Part shown: piece after piece, positions 14,251-27,812 of the stretch | How the letters are laid out: the number at the start of each line of letters is the position of its first letter | How positions within the stretch are numbered: position 1 is the stretch's first letter | NCBI GenBank assembly: GCA_964016885.1 | Contig: OZ024744.1 | Location: forward strand, 33,728,001 to 33,792,000 | Source: Eledone cirrhosa | Lineage: Eukaryota | Length of the DNA stretch: 64,000 bases | Direction of reading: 5' to 3' | Made by a program: the position numbers and the translations under genes | The notes under the pieces: model-generated | Database searches by the model: none | What the model was told of the DNA's origin: nothing | The model's input: the letters and a program-made list of their open reading frames with translations, nothing else

Positions 14251-14715
14251 AGAAATGGCTACAGTGCCCTGTGTAATGTTTGTGGTAGACCACTGACAGT
14301 GCCTGTGATGTCAGGGGGGATGCGAGACCCTACTGACATAATTGAATCTCCAGAGATCTCGCACAACCACACACACTTCAAAAGTTGGCGGTTGGTGTTT
14401 ACACACATACATAAATACTGACATGAACACAAAAACACAAACACACATAATATACATTTGTATATAAAATACATATATTCAAACACACATATATATACAT
14501 ATATATATACATACATACACATATATATATATATATGCGTATATATATGAATACACATACACATTTATGAATATATATATATACATACATATAAATGTAT
14601 ATATATATTTATATGTATGTATATATATATGTATATATTCATATATGTATATGAATATATGTACATATATATTAATAAATATAGATATATATATGTGTGT
14701 GTATTAGTTGTGGGT

Positions 14716-14802
<87 letters not shown>

Positions 14803-15919
14803 CATACCCAGACACACGCTCACACATATATATGAGAAAACAAGACTTTAGATAATAAAGGACCATAATAGGTGCATTAAATAGAAACAAGAAAATCATG
14901 CAACACATAAAACAACAACAACAACAACAACAACAATAACAACAACAACATCATCATCATCAACAACAACAACAATATCATTAAGCAACAACAACTACCA
15001 CCACAAATAATACACAATCAGCAACAACAATAACAAGCAAAGAAAAACAGGAAAACAACGTAAAAAGTAATTAAAAAAAAAGATAGAGAAAAAGAAAAAT
15101 GGCGGACAACGAAATTAAAAATAGACGAAGGTAATAAAATGTGTTTTATTTATTATGATGTGAAAAATGTGATGGTTTGTTCGTATGGGAGCACGCCAAA
15201 TTGATGTTCTCATATAATAATTCCCAACAGATAATGGATTTAAAGTTAGGGAATTCGATTGAATAAGAGAAATTCACCTCACCAATGTTCTTTATGACAA
15301 TAGACGTGGTGGAATGTAACATGAACAGAAATAAAATATAAACAACAACAACAAAAAACTAATGATAGAAGGATATATATATATGTATGTATGTATATAT
15401 GTATGTATGTATCTATGTATGTATGTATGTATGTATGTCTGTGTATGAATATATATGTATATATACAAACATACATGTATATATACATATATACATATTT
15501 ATACACACACACACGCACATATATATATGTGTGTGCGTGTGTGTGTGTGTATATATATATATTCATACACACACACATACATACACATACATATATACAT
15601 AGATACATACACCCACCCACAGACATGTTTATATATATATATGTACATATATATATATATACATAAGTGCGTGTCTGTGTTCATGTATGTAATTATGTAC
15701 TTATATAGACATACGCTCACACACATATACACGCACATATACACACACACACACTCTCTCCTCACACACTCATATTGCTATATTTTTGTAGGGTCATTCA
15801 GCAGATGAAAAATCACGCACCAAGTTTATTTCTTAATCCATCTGCCAGTTTTTCCTTAAACATCTCCCAGTGTTCTTAATGAGATTCTTGCAACCCTCTG
15901 TCTTAGTTTTGTTGAGTCT

Positions 15920-15950
<31 letters not shown>

Positions 15951-15953
<3 letters not shown>

Positions 15954-16352
15954 CTGAAAGAATTAAAGTTTTACTCCCTGGAGCGGAGACGGGAGAAATA
16001 TTCAGTGATATACCTAACGAAGACCCTGGAAGGGGTAGCACCAAACTTCGGCATTGAAGCCAGGACCAGCCCTCGGACAGGACTTCACTGTGTAGTGCCA
16101 AAGTTCTCATTCGTTGCATCGAGAATAAGGACCATATTCTGCAATAGCCTGGGATTTAAGTGACCCCAGATTTTTAATAAGCTGCCAAAAATTCTGAGAG
16201 ATCTACTTCTGTACATTTAGTTGTTTTCAAGACATCTCGATATTCTACTGACCAAGATTCCGGTTGACCCCACAGTACGTACGAGTTGAAGCACAAATAA
16301 GAGTGGCAGTGTCAGTGTCCCAGCATGGCCTGAGCCCCTCGGCAGGAACAGA

Positions 16353-16362
<10 letters not shown>
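15951..16362 (+). pseudogene. CR1-like LINE 3' fragment
   Basis: LKELKFYSLERRRE...PQIFNKLP, a typical post-RT C-terminus. Confidence 0.7.
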
Positions 16363-16408
<46 letters not shown>

Positions 16409-16416
<8 letters not shown>

Positions 16417-16900
16417 CTACTTTGGGAGGGTCATGTTGCCAATAAGAAACACACGCACCCGTAGCTTTCACTTCAATTTATCATAATCAATTTATAAATT
16501 TAGGAATTTATAAATTTCAGGTTGGTTGGTTGGTTCCACAACCAGATGATGGTTATATATTGTCAAAGTTCTTTCGTCACACACACAAAAACAAGATGGC
16601 GTAGGACAGAACAAAGGAGAGGCACAACAACAAAGAAAAGAATCCCCAGTCACTGAAGAGGTCACAGTATGTGTGACGAAAGAACTTTGACAATATATAA
16701 ACAATCATCTGGTTGTGGAACAAACCAACCAGCCTGAAATTTATAAATTCCTAAATTTATAAATTTATTATAATAAATTGAAGTGAAAGCAACTGGTGCG
16801 TGTGTTTCTTATTGGCAACATGACCCTCCCAAAGTATAACAATATCGGTTTCAACACACGTTTTCAGATAAAGAATCTAGCTAAACAAATTCAGAAACGA
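16409..16900. mobile_element. PLE-like inverted-repeat element in (TA)n
   Basis: About 175-bp inverted arms; homologous to 4063-4475. Confidence 0.75.
16649..16691 (+). ncRNA. Minimal type I hammerhead-like motif, with one extra G after the core
   Basis: GTCA-CTGAAGA-G-GTCAC(AGTATGT)GTGAC-GAAAG-AA-CTT/TGAC. Confidence 0.7.
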
Positions 16901-16970
16901 AATATATATATATTATTATGCTGCCAATACCTTAACGGGACATGGGTATACAATACCTAACTCCTATTAA

Positions 16971-17018
<48 letters not shown>

Positions 17019-17030
17019 TTAATAGGAGTA

Positions 17031-17130
<100 letters not shown>

Positions 17131-17221
17131 AAAATGTTTAACCCGACGGCAGAGCTCAAGCCGTTTCGACGGCTATTTCTGGACGTTATGGTCCATCTGG
17201 TTCCCTACCACACCTCCTTCG

Positions 17222-17257
<36 letters not shown>

Positions 17258-17273
17258 TAAAATAACGGATTAA

Positions 17274-17324
17274 AGTTTAAGCAAATAATCGCTGCTTTCA
17301 CCCTTAACGGGATCTTCTGAAACT
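17274..17324 (-). ncRNA. Variant hammerhead ribozyme (CAGAAGA core)
   Basis: rc: AGTTT-CAGAAGA-TCCC(GTTAA)GGGT-GAAA-GCA..TGC-TT/AAACT. Confidence 0.6.
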
Positions 17325-17646
17325 AACAAAGTCAATCTGTAAACGCAGAACTGGATATTTCAAAAAACGTTGCAACCGGAGGAAGACAGGAAGACGATAC
17401 TTTGGTTCGTGGTAACGTTCCCTGGCAAAGAACGGGAAAAAACGAATAATACGTAATTAAAAGGAGCGGTGAAAAACAATTACGCGCAAAGACGGAACCA
17501 CGTTTAGGTATAAAAGAGGTCGTAGACTAATGTTCTCTTAGGTGGTGCATAGAGACGTTCTCTGGCAATGAACGAAAAAACGAAGATAATAAGTCATATG
17601 TGGAGCGTGGAGAACAATAGCACGCAAAGACAAAACCACGTAAATG

Positions 17647-18287
17647 CCACACCATTAGCTAAGATCTTTCTTTCCCTTATTACGAAGCATTTTCCCCCTA
17701 CACATAAATATAGTAAATTTTTTAATAGAAATACTATTAAAATTTCTTACTCTACGACTCCTAACCTTGCACATAACATCACAGCTTCAAATTTAGCTAA
17801 ACTACCTAGCCGTAGGAACACGTGCAACCCTGTAGTTAGTACTAACTGTAATTGTAGGAATCGGGCTGATTGCCCCCTATCCGGGAAATGCCTCTCTAGT
17901 AACATTGTCTACAAATGTAAGGTTGTAACACCCACGTCCCGTAGGGCCTACATAGGGTTAACCGCCAATAGTTTCAAGCAGCGTCTTTACATGCATACCC
18001 ATTCTTTTCGTTACCCTCTAAGAAGGAATATGACGTCACTTTCAGCTTATATCTGGAGTCTAAAAGACTACCACACCCAATATAAGTTACACTGGGAGAT
18101 CCTAGCTAGGGCTAGATCGTATAACGGAAATAAAAGACCATGTGACCTCTGCGCCGCTGAGGCCCTGGAAATACTCTACGCCACAGACCACATCTTAAAC
18201 AAAAAATCTGAGGCAATTTCGGCTTGTAAACATAAATTGCACAAAACTTTCCTGTATTACAGCCCCACGTTATACCCTAACGGATAG
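17647..18287 (+). pseudogene. PLE ORF C-terminus: Cys-rich linker plus GIY-YIG endonuclease
   Basis: CNCRNRADCPLSGKC, NIVYKC...YIGLT...FKQR, CDLC, LNKKSE; the upstream ATG at 17568 lies inside the inverted pLTR. Confidence 0.9.
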
Positions 18288-19239
18288 TACGATCTATACG
18301 TGGATATTTTACGTCCTGATGTGGGAGCTAAGTATATGTTTTGTTTATTCCTTTACTTATTTGCATAGGTAAGTATATATTACCTGTATGTTTTGTAAAG
18401 GTTGTATACCTTCTCGTACGTATATTTGATTGTTATGGCGTATAATTTTTATATATTCTGGTATTTAGGGTTTGGTTATGTGTATACGGGAGTTTTGCGT
18501 CTGCGTGAGTATGCAGGTTCGTACGTATGGTGGGTGTGTGTATATGTGTACTTCTTGTTTTAGTTGACTTACGTCTCCGAACATTCGTGTATTTATATGT
18601 AGGTATGCGTGTGCGCTTGTTATATACGTATTTATTTACTTATATACGTTTATATAATTATTTATTTATTTGTACACAAGCATACACACACACATATTTA
18701 TATGTGCGTGGTTGTATACCTATGGTAAGGTTTTGCGTATGCTTGTGTATGTACGTATTTGTTTGCGTGTATGTATTTATTTATTTCTATTACTTCTGTT
18801 TGCGTGTATGTATTTATTTCTATTACTTCTGTATTGTATTTATTTACTTTGTTCTTAACTCTGTAGCGGAGATTCATTTGGTCTCCTAGTTAGAATTTTA
18901 GTCTACGACTTCTGCTATACCATTTACGTGGTTTTGTCTTTGCGTGCTATTGTTCTCCACGCTTCACATATGACTTATTATCTTCGTTTTTTCGTTCATT
19001 GACAGAACGTCTCTAAGCACCACCTAGAGAACATTAGTCTACGAACTCTTTTATACCTAAACGTGGTTCTGTCTTTGCGCGTAATTGTTTTTCACCGCTC
19101 CTTTTAATGACGTATTATTCGTTTTTTCCCGTTCTTTGCTAGCGAACGTTTCCACGAACCAAAGTATCGTCTTCCTGTCTTCCTCCGGTTGCAACGTTTT
19201 TTGAAATATCCAGTTCTGCGTTTACAGATTGACTTTGTT

Positions 19240-19290
19240 AGTTTCAGAAGATCCCGTTAAGGGTGACAGCAGCGATTCTTTGCTTAAACT
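19240..19290 (+). ncRNA. Variant hammerhead ribozyme (CAGAAGA core; GAAA mutated to GACA)
   Basis: Mirror of 17274-17324. Confidence 0.5.
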
Positions 19291-19400
19291 TTAATCTGTT
19301 ATTTTAATAAATATTTGCTCTACGGTTCTTATATATTTGATATATATTTATCCTTATCGAGCCCTCTTTGGATTTTAGTCTTCAATTTTATTATTATTAC

Positions 19401-19452
<52 letters not shown>

Positions 19453-19458
19453 TCTGAT

Positions 19459-19540
<82 letters not shown>

Positions 19541-19545
<5 letters not shown>

Positions 19546-20216
19546 AGACGTAAAATAAGAAAATTATAAAATTAACTTACTTAAAAATATTACTTCCAAC
19601 TAATTAGTTTCTGGAATGGAGTAAATATATTTTCCGAAGAATAATATACAGAAGCATTCCGTCGTCAGGAAAGTCTATTCTCATGTAAGTTTCCAGGCAA
19701 AGCGAGGACACTGGAAACTTATTAAAAAATAATTCAGTGGATAGGAAATAGCAAAGCGTGGACTGAATTCCAAGCCATTGAGAAAATCACTGCCTCTACG
19801 TCTGTTGCAAATTCAAAAAGAATCGAACACGTGACATCGAGGTCAATCAGTGGAAAGTGGTTTGCTAATAAGACAGCGGCCTGCCTACAACCGTAGCAGC
19901 AGTCATGGCCAATATTGCTCGACAAATAATTTGGAGATAATAATAAAGAATTCATATCTAGTAACATATATATACATACAGATGCATATCAATGCTAGCA
20001 AATATATAGGTTTTGTCTTAATAACAGTGTGGTTCAATGCATGGGGTTGCAGAACAATAATATAAGAGACGTAAAATAAGAAAATTATAAAATTAACTTA
20101 CTTATTGTTCTGCAACCCCATGCATTGAACCACACTGTTATTAAGACAAAACCTATATATTTGCTAGCATTGATATGCATCTGTATGTATATATATGTTA
20201 CTAGATATGAATTCTT

Positions 20217-20220
<4 letters not shown>
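19541..20220 (-). mobile_element. Retrozyme-like 521-bp-unit element with a terminal inversion
   Basis: Direct repeat at 19541 and 20062; 19941-20059 is inverted at 20104-20220; (TA)n flanks. Confidence 0.75.
19593..19673 (-). ncRNA. Type I hammerhead ribozyme
   Basis: rc: CTTTC-CTGACGA-cGGAATG..CATTCCa-GAAAC-TAATTA-GTT/GGAAG; stem III is the palindrome AACTAATTAGTT. Confidence 0.82.
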
Positions 20221-20315
<95 letters not shown>

Positions 20316-20341
20316 CATATATAACGAATAGATAGATAGAT

Positions 20342-21241
20342 TTCTTTATTAGCCACAAGGGCGCAACAAGAAAGGGGACAATACAAAGACATGCCGGGGA
20401 TTTTACATACAGTCGTGTAAAAAATATAAAAACAAACAATTTCAACAATCGAAATCCCCAATAGGGGGGAGGCGCCACAAATGGGTTGTTTAATACCCCG
20501 TCGATAGAACAACCCTCAACTCAAGGAGCGTGTTGTGCAAGTGCTCCTTTCTTCCTTTTGCTCTCTTCCTCAACCTACAGGCTTATAAACAGAGAAGGCC
20601 CAATCACTCGGGCCATTTTCGCTTCATTCACCCACCTTTCAGTAAATTTACTGGGGTGCAGTGCCTCTCTCTCCACCCTGATTCTCCTTCTAAAGTGATA
20701 CTTAAAGAATGGAATCAATTGTTGTCCGGAGAGAAAGGCATCTGTCCTCAGTCCTCTCAACCTCGTCCACCATATAACTTCTTTCACCATAGCCACCGTA
20801 CAGAGGAAAACCGCCTCTCTTTCGTTTTTGAAAGAGTCTGGCGGTTTGATCCTTACTATGGATTCGGCAGTCAACTGTATTTGTCCCATACGCGACAGCA
20901 GTTGTTCTGCATAGTTCCACAGGTCGCTTACGCCCGGGCAGTGTACAATTGCGTGCAGAACTGTTTCAATGTCCTGCGCACATCTTGGACACGTCCTCTT
21001 GGAAGGATCCCTGCCAGGGCGTCCGTGCCTGTAGATCTTGTCACGAACCGGTAGAGCTCCTCGGTAGCACTGCCAGGCCAGGGACCTCTGGAAGTTGTCC
21101 ATAGGTCCCGGGCGGAAAGTCCTACCAAACATACTGGTGAGCTCATCGTCTTCGACGCCCAGAGTCTCTCCGAGCACGTCGTCGCCCTTGTAACGTACAA
21201 TCCCTCTATAGAATGTCGAAGTGGAGTCTCCACTGATTGCT
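20342..21241 (-). mobile_element. 5'-truncated L1/Tx1-like LINE (family A)
   Basis: ORF2 C-terminus with CPRC..H...C; 3'UTR ending AATAAAG; (GATA)n on both sides. Confidence 0.9.
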
Positions 21242-21242
21242 A

Positions 21243-21281
<39 letters not shown>

Positions 21282-21282
21282 T

Positions 21283-21865
21283 GTTTCTTTATTAGCCACA
21301 GAGGCACAAAAGAAGGGGACAAATGCAAAGGGGGAAGTTTACATACAATAAAAACGTGTAAAATGTTATCACAAATGCAATTAAAAAAATTAGTCGATTT
21401 TCCCCAATAGGGGAGACAGTTTATATGGGTAACAAATGTGCAACCCTCATCTCCAGGAGTACGAAGAGTTTGTACTCCTTCCTCTCCTCCTCTTTTCCCT
21501 CAACCTACAGGCTGATATAGAGAGAAGGCCCATTCACTCGGGCCATTCTCGCCACTTTCACCCTCCTTTCATAAAACTTGCTGGGGTACAGCACCTCTCT
21601 CTCCATCCTGATTCTTCTTCTAAAGTGATATTTGAAAAAAAGAATCACTTGTTGGCCGGAGAGAAAGGTGTCTGACCTCAGCCCTTTCAACCTTGTCCAC
21701 CATACAACCTCTTTCGCCATAGCTATCACACAAAGGAAAACCGCCTCTCCTTCGTTTTTGAAGGAGGGTGGCGGTTTGATGGACTTGGTGGTCAACCGGA
21801 TTGGTCCCACCCGCGACAATAGTCGTTCTACATAGCACCACTGCTCAATGACGTCCGGGCAGTGT
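21283..21865 (-). mobile_element. 5'-truncated L1/Tx1-like LINE (family A)
   Basis: ORF2 C-terminus plus 3'UTR between (GATA)n runs. Confidence 0.9.
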
Positions 21866-22100
21866 ATATAGATAGATAGATATATTTCTTTATTTACCAT
21901 AAAGGCATAAAAAGAAAGGACAAATACAAAGGGGGAGTTTACATAAAATCGAGTAAAAAGGGTATAAAATGAAAATAATCGAAAACAACCTCAAAAGGGA
22001 GGGGACGTGATGGGGGGTTGCACACATACCCGAAAAAGTGTGCAATCCTTTGCCCGGGGAGAACATGGAGAAGGTGCTCCCCTCTCCTTCACTTCTTTAC

Positions 22101-25100
22101 CTACAGGATGGTATACAGAGAAGGCCCATTTACACGAGCCATTCTCGCCACTATCACCCACCTTTCATAAAACTGCCTGTGGCCAAGCACCTCTCTCTCC
22201 ATTCTTATCCTTCTTCCGAAGTGATATCGGAAGAAGTAGACCAGACTATGGCCAGAGAGGAAGTTTCCTGACCTCAGACCTTTCAATCGTGTCCACCAAA
22301 CAACCTCTTTCAACATGGCTATTACGCACAGAAAAACCGCCTTTGCTTCCTTTGTGAAGAGGGGAGGCGGCTTTATTGTCATCACGGACTCGGCGGTCAA
22401 TCGAATCGGCGCCACCCGCGACAGCAGTCGTTCGGCGTAGCCCCACAGATCAGCCACGCCCGGACATTGCACCAATGCATGCGCAACGGTTTCTTCGTGA
22501 CGCACGCATCTAGGGCAAATCTTTTTCGAGGGATCTCTGCCCGGGCGCCCGTGTCTGTAGAGCCTCTCTCGAACGGGTAGAGCCCCCCGGTAGAACTGCC
22601 AGGCTAGTGACTTCTGGAAGATGTCCACTGGTCCCGGGCCGAAAGTCCTACCGAACAGGCTGGCCAGTTCGTCCTCTTCCATGTCCAGCGATTCTCCAAG
22701 GGTGTCATCGCCCCTGCTAGCCACCAGCCCTCTATAGAATGATGAGGTGGATTCTCCACCGATGGCCCGGCCCGCTTGCCAGATAGCCCTGAGCGCCTGG
22801 GCACACTCAGTGTGCCAGTCTCCCAGTTTTCCGGATCTTTGCTTGACCAAGGACTGCAGCTCGGTGAGCGAGACGAGTCTCGGAAAGGCTCGTTTCACGA
22901 ACGGAGCCCACACCGGTTGACCAGTGAGGAATACCTGTAGGTGCCGTAGCCTTAATGCGTGCCTATGCATCATCAACCACGGCATCCCCAGCCCTCCTTT
23001 CGAAGGTTGTTGGCAGCAGATGGATCTTTTCACCATAGGAGGGCGCTTCTTCCAAAGAAATTGGAAGAGCATGCGTTCCATGGTGGTGAGTGTTTCCTTA
23101 GGGCAAGGCACGACAGTCAGGCGGTAGTAAGTGACGGACGCTATGTAAATGTTCGCCACCTCCGCCCGACCTTTTAGGGTCAGCTTACACTTGGCCCATT
23201 TCTGGGTTAGTGCAAACACCTTGTTCGTAACCTCGTGCCAGTTCTTTTCCACCTGGAGGTCCGGTCCAAACCAGACCCCAAGCAACTTCACCGGGCCCTC
23301 CGTCCAGTGTCCGACGACACCCTCGGGAGGCATCGGTCTGTCTCTCCACGTTCCGAGTTGCAGCCCGATGGATTTTTCCCGGTTCAGTTTCGCTCCTGAC
23401 AACCTTTCGTAATCCTCCAGTAAGGTACCGATCGCCTCGATCTCCGAGTCGGTCGATACCATTACTGTTACGTCATCGGCGTAGGCCGACACCGCTTTGC
23501 TCAATCCTGGTTCCAGGGGGATACCCTGCAACAACTCCAACTTCCTCAGTAAAGGCTCGAGAGTCAATACGTACAGAAGGGAGGAGAGAGGGCACCCCTG
23601 TCGAATGGATCGTGTGATTTCGAACGGCTTCGAATGGTAGCCGTTCACCTTGATCCTAGAACAGATGTGGTTGCTATGTAAGGCAGTGATCCAGCCTCTG
23701 AAAACAGGACCGAACCCAGCCGCCGCTAGCACCGCATCCAGGTAACCATGGTCGACCCTATCGAAGGCCGTAGACTGATCCAAGTTGATCAGGGCCCCAC
23801 CGAAGCCGGGTTTGTTGCCAACCCTCTCTATGATGTATCGCATGAGGTGGAGGTTATCGTGAATGGACCTGGATGGGATAGCACATGTCTGTGCATCTCC
23901 CACCAGGCCACCCACGACAAGCGCCAACCTCTTTGCTAACACCTTAGCCAAAATCTTTAACTCTGTGTTTAGCAGGGTTATGGGCCGTAAATTATTTATA
24001 CTATCCCCCTTGTTCTCGTCCTTCCTCACCTGCGAGACTACGCCCTTGGCTACAGAACAAGGAATTCTCCCGTTCTGCTGCCAATTGCAGTAGACCGCTT
24101 CGAGGAGTTCGGAGAAGAAGACCGGCATTGCTAAATAAAGTTCGTAAGGTATACCATCGAGACTTGGAGATTTGCGTCTGCTGCATTGGCTCAGCGCATC
24201 CCCGATCTCATCAGCCGAGATTGGTCCCTCGCAGGACTCTGCCTCTTCGCTCGAGAGACGCGGCAGGCCGTCGAGGTATGGACCGAAATCCACGTCCTCG
24301 CCCGGACCCTCGTCTCCCCCGAATAATCGGGCAAAGTGCATTTGAAAGGCCTCGCACATCTGCTTAGGCTCCCGGATCACCCGTCCATCCTCGTCTTGCA
24401 AAGACCGGATGGTGGATCGATTTCCACTCTTAGCTTCTGTCACGCGGGCCCAGCCAACGGCTTTGGCCTCCTCATTACCTAGAGCACGTATTTTACTTCG
24501 AATGACGCAGCCTTCGTGCTTTGCATCGAAAAACTGGTTCAAGGCCGTCCTCGATGCCAGCACTCTGGCCACATCTTCGCTCTTGATTGCCTCTTCTAAT
24601 TTACCTGTTAATTCTTTCTCGTTTCTATTCCTATCAGCAGCTAACATCTTGCTATAACTTATTGATTCTGTTCTAATCTCTCTTTTGAGAGATGCCCACC
24701 ATCGGTTGTTGACGATTGCACCAGTCAACCCCTCCTTAACTAATCTGCTAGTCCGGTTTCTGTAAGTCTCTTTTGCCGGTAAAGACAAATTAAGTTTCCA
24801 GTAACTGGGACCCTGTTTATGTGTTTTCTCGAGATTGACTACGCAGGTCACTATTTTGTGATCCGTATAGCCAACCGTGAGCATTTCTGGACAGCTTAAT
24901 ATGTCCCTATCCTTACTTCTAACTAAGAATCTATCTAAGTACGATCTAGATTAACTACTGTGGTTCGTCCAAGTCCAGGTTGGCACAGTTTGAAAATCTA
25001 ATCGATATCTATCGACCAAGTTAAAACGGTCGAGTAACCCCTTGAGGCTGTTACACCCCCTCTATTAGGACATGCTCCTGCATAGTCCCAACGTGCATCT

Positions 25101-25537
25101 AGGATGTCATTCCAATCCCCCGCTAGAAGCAGGGAACGCGACGTTCCCAGAAAAGTCTCCAAACGCTGGAAGAAGTCGGGCCGTTCAGCTCCGAAAGGGG
25201 AGTAGACGGCGACCAGTCTCAAGGCCACACCTTCACTACTGCCAACGTCTAGCACCAACAAACGACCCTCCGGATCCGAGTGAACAACCTGTACGGCGAG
25301 ACCCAGATGTTTTTCCAGCAGTACGACAACGCCACCTCAACCTCCAGGTTGACAGAGAGATGCGTGCACCTCAAAGTCATCGAAGGTAGGGGCCAGCTGC
25401 CGCACGACGCTGATCCGAGTCTCACAGATAACCATTACATTTATACCACGTGACCTGAGGTCATTTAGAAGCTTTGCTTGCTTCCAGGTTGAGCCCAGGC
25501 CACGTGCATTCAAACATCCTACTCTTAACACATCCAT
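22101..25537 (-). pseudogene. ORF2: APE endonuclease, reverse transcriptase and C-terminal Cys/His domain
   Basis: CLNARGL, GDWN, YLDR, TDH; RPITLLN, RQGCPLS, YADD; frameshifts and a stop in the APE region, open from 24884 to 22101. Confidence 0.93.
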
Positions 25538-25661
25538 GTGGGCGGCAAAGCCAAAGGTGAGTGTAGAGACCTACCTTTCTGCTTCCCGGGGTTCGGGTCG
25601 CACGACTTCCATGGGGTCGGGGGTGTTGTGTGAAGGGGTGTCTTGTGGTGGTGTGGGGTCG

Positions 25662-27476
25662 TCAGTATGTGGTGGGGTTGGAGTGTTTGGAGTTGTGTTG
25701 GGGAGGGGAAGGGGGGCGGGGGGTTAGTAGGACGCGGTTTATGGGTTTGACAGAGGGTGGTCCTACGTCCTCCTTAAAATCCTTTTTTAGTTTTTGGTAG
25801 AGGTTCATTGGGATCTTTATTAATTCTAAATGTGGGTAGTTTTCTGAAGAAACCAAGTTTACACCTTCGGTTTGTACCGAAGGATTATTGTTTATGAGTT
25901 CATTTAATTTATTATTGTTTCTGTTGATGTAAGTATAGTGTAATGTTTTTTTTTCTGATGGTGTAAGTATTTCGAAGAGGGGAGGGGCAGGCTTGGTTTG
26001 GTTTGTTGCTGGAGGGGTGTTTTGTGTTTTGTTGGATTGTGTTGACATTTGGGTAGGGGTTGTTTGGCCTTGTGTGTTTTGCACATGTTTTCTTTTTTTC
26101 CTTTTAATCTGTCTGAAGGACTCCGTTTCTTCCTCCGAATTCGTTGGGTTATCTTCAGTGTTGGAGGGAAGAGGTATGTTTGCTGGTAATGTTTCCGTGT
26201 TGGTTTTCTTTGTGGGGGAAATGGATGTCACTATGTTAGACTGTGTTGTGTGTTGTGGCTGCGGTGGTTGTGTTGTTTTATCGAGTGAGGGGTTGGGTGG
26301 GCCTGTATTTGTTTTGGGGTAATGTGTTGTGACTGTTTGTGTTGTGGTGGTGGTGTAGTTTTACGGAGGGACGGGTTGGGTGGGACTGAGTTTTGTTGTT
26401 TGTTTATCTGTTGTGGTGGTGGTGGTGGAGCTGGTGTTGGTAGCAGGGTTTTCTTTTTGTTGAGTTGGGGACAAGCCGCCTTCAGGTGCCCTCTGCCTGC
26501 ACAGATATGACAAGACGGCCTTCTCCCCTCCACGCTAATGTTTATATACCCGTGGCCCTCTAATAGGATTCTGTCGGGTATTTGGGCGATGCGTTCAGGC
26601 TTCATTTGCACTACAAGTTCTATACCTGTTCCACTGAACGCATTGCCTGTGGTTTTCCCAATGGAAATCACGTTGTCATTCGCTGGATCGATGAAGCCAG
26701 ATATGAGCCAGCAGTAATCCACATCTGGCATCATTGCATCCAGCCATATGCGCTGAGTTCTTTTACCCATATAAGATGGATAAAAGGTAAAATTTTTCGA
26801 ACGAATCGGTGACAAAGCACATTTTTTTGCCGCCGATTCGTTCTTCATAATAATCGCTAGGCTTCCATACAGTCTGTCTTTTCTTTTTGAAAGTGGTTTC
26901 ATGAAGTACTTCTGTAAGTATTGCTTTGATCTCTGTTTGTGTTGGCTGTTGAGGTTTTTTAGAAATGTTGTTGATGGTGCGGAAAACGACCGTCCGACTT
27001 TCAACGTCTTTGGTGAGTTCTTGAGGCATTTTTACCGATAAAATACCATTTTCCCCTTCAGTTATGTATTGTTTGGCGTCTGTAATTCTTTGTGCCACAT
27101 CTGAAATATTTTCAGGTATATATGTCAAAGATTTCTTTGTTGTTTGTGCAAATGAAATATTATTGGTGTTGACTTTGTCGTCTGCTTTGTTTTCTGTTAT
27201 GATGTTGTTTTCAAATGTTATTTTTGTATTTGTCGTGTCCTTGTTTGTGGTATTAATATTGTCATGCAATTTTTCAAATTTTTTTTTTTCGTTGTTGGAA
27301 TCAATGTCCAGATTTGTGTTTTCGTCATTTTTCTCCGCAGATTCGTTTGTTTTTATTTTATTTTTTCTTTCCTTCTCTATGACGTTAGTTGGGAAGGAAG
27401 GGGGGACTAAATCGTGCGAGCTTACAACTCTTACCGCTGTCCCCCCACCACTATTTTCGTTAGCTTCGTTTAACAT
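25662..27476 (-). pseudogene. ORF1 gag-like protein with a CCHC knuckle, frameshifted
   Basis: CHICAGRGHLKAAC (CX2CX4HX4C); split over three frames. Confidence 0.85.
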
Positions 27477-27712
27477 TTCTGTCAGACGATTGAAATTTTT
27501 TATGCCACAAAATTTAAAAAAACAGGTTTTTCACCCCTCGGAGGGGCAAAGATGAGCTGACCCACTGCCTGACAATTCAGACGGGGGGTCAAGCTACACA
27601 ATAGTATCAAAATTAAAATTGAACTTACAAAATTTCCGCAATAAATTTGAACAAAACTTCTGCGCGAAGTGAATTACATCTACGCTGTAGAACAGACGAC
27701 AGCTAGATTTTA

Positions 27713-27713
27713 G

Positions 27714-27810
<97 letters not shown>
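27713..27810. repeat. (GATA)n microsatellite between LINE copies
   Basis: Perfect run. Confidence 0.95.

Positions 27811-27812
<2 letters not shown>

Larger units (their letters stand above)
17251..19400 (+). mobile_element. 5'-truncated Neptune-type Penelope-like element with inverted pseudo-LTRs
   Basis: 17251-17646 is an inverted copy of 18921-19313; GIY-YIG ORF in between; (TA)n flanks. Confidence 0.9.
21884..27712 (-). mobile_element. Apparently full-length (~5.8 kb) L1/Tx1-like LINE, degenerate
   Basis: 5'UTR, ORF1, ORF2 and 3'UTR all present; (GATA)n at both ends. Confidence 0.92.
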
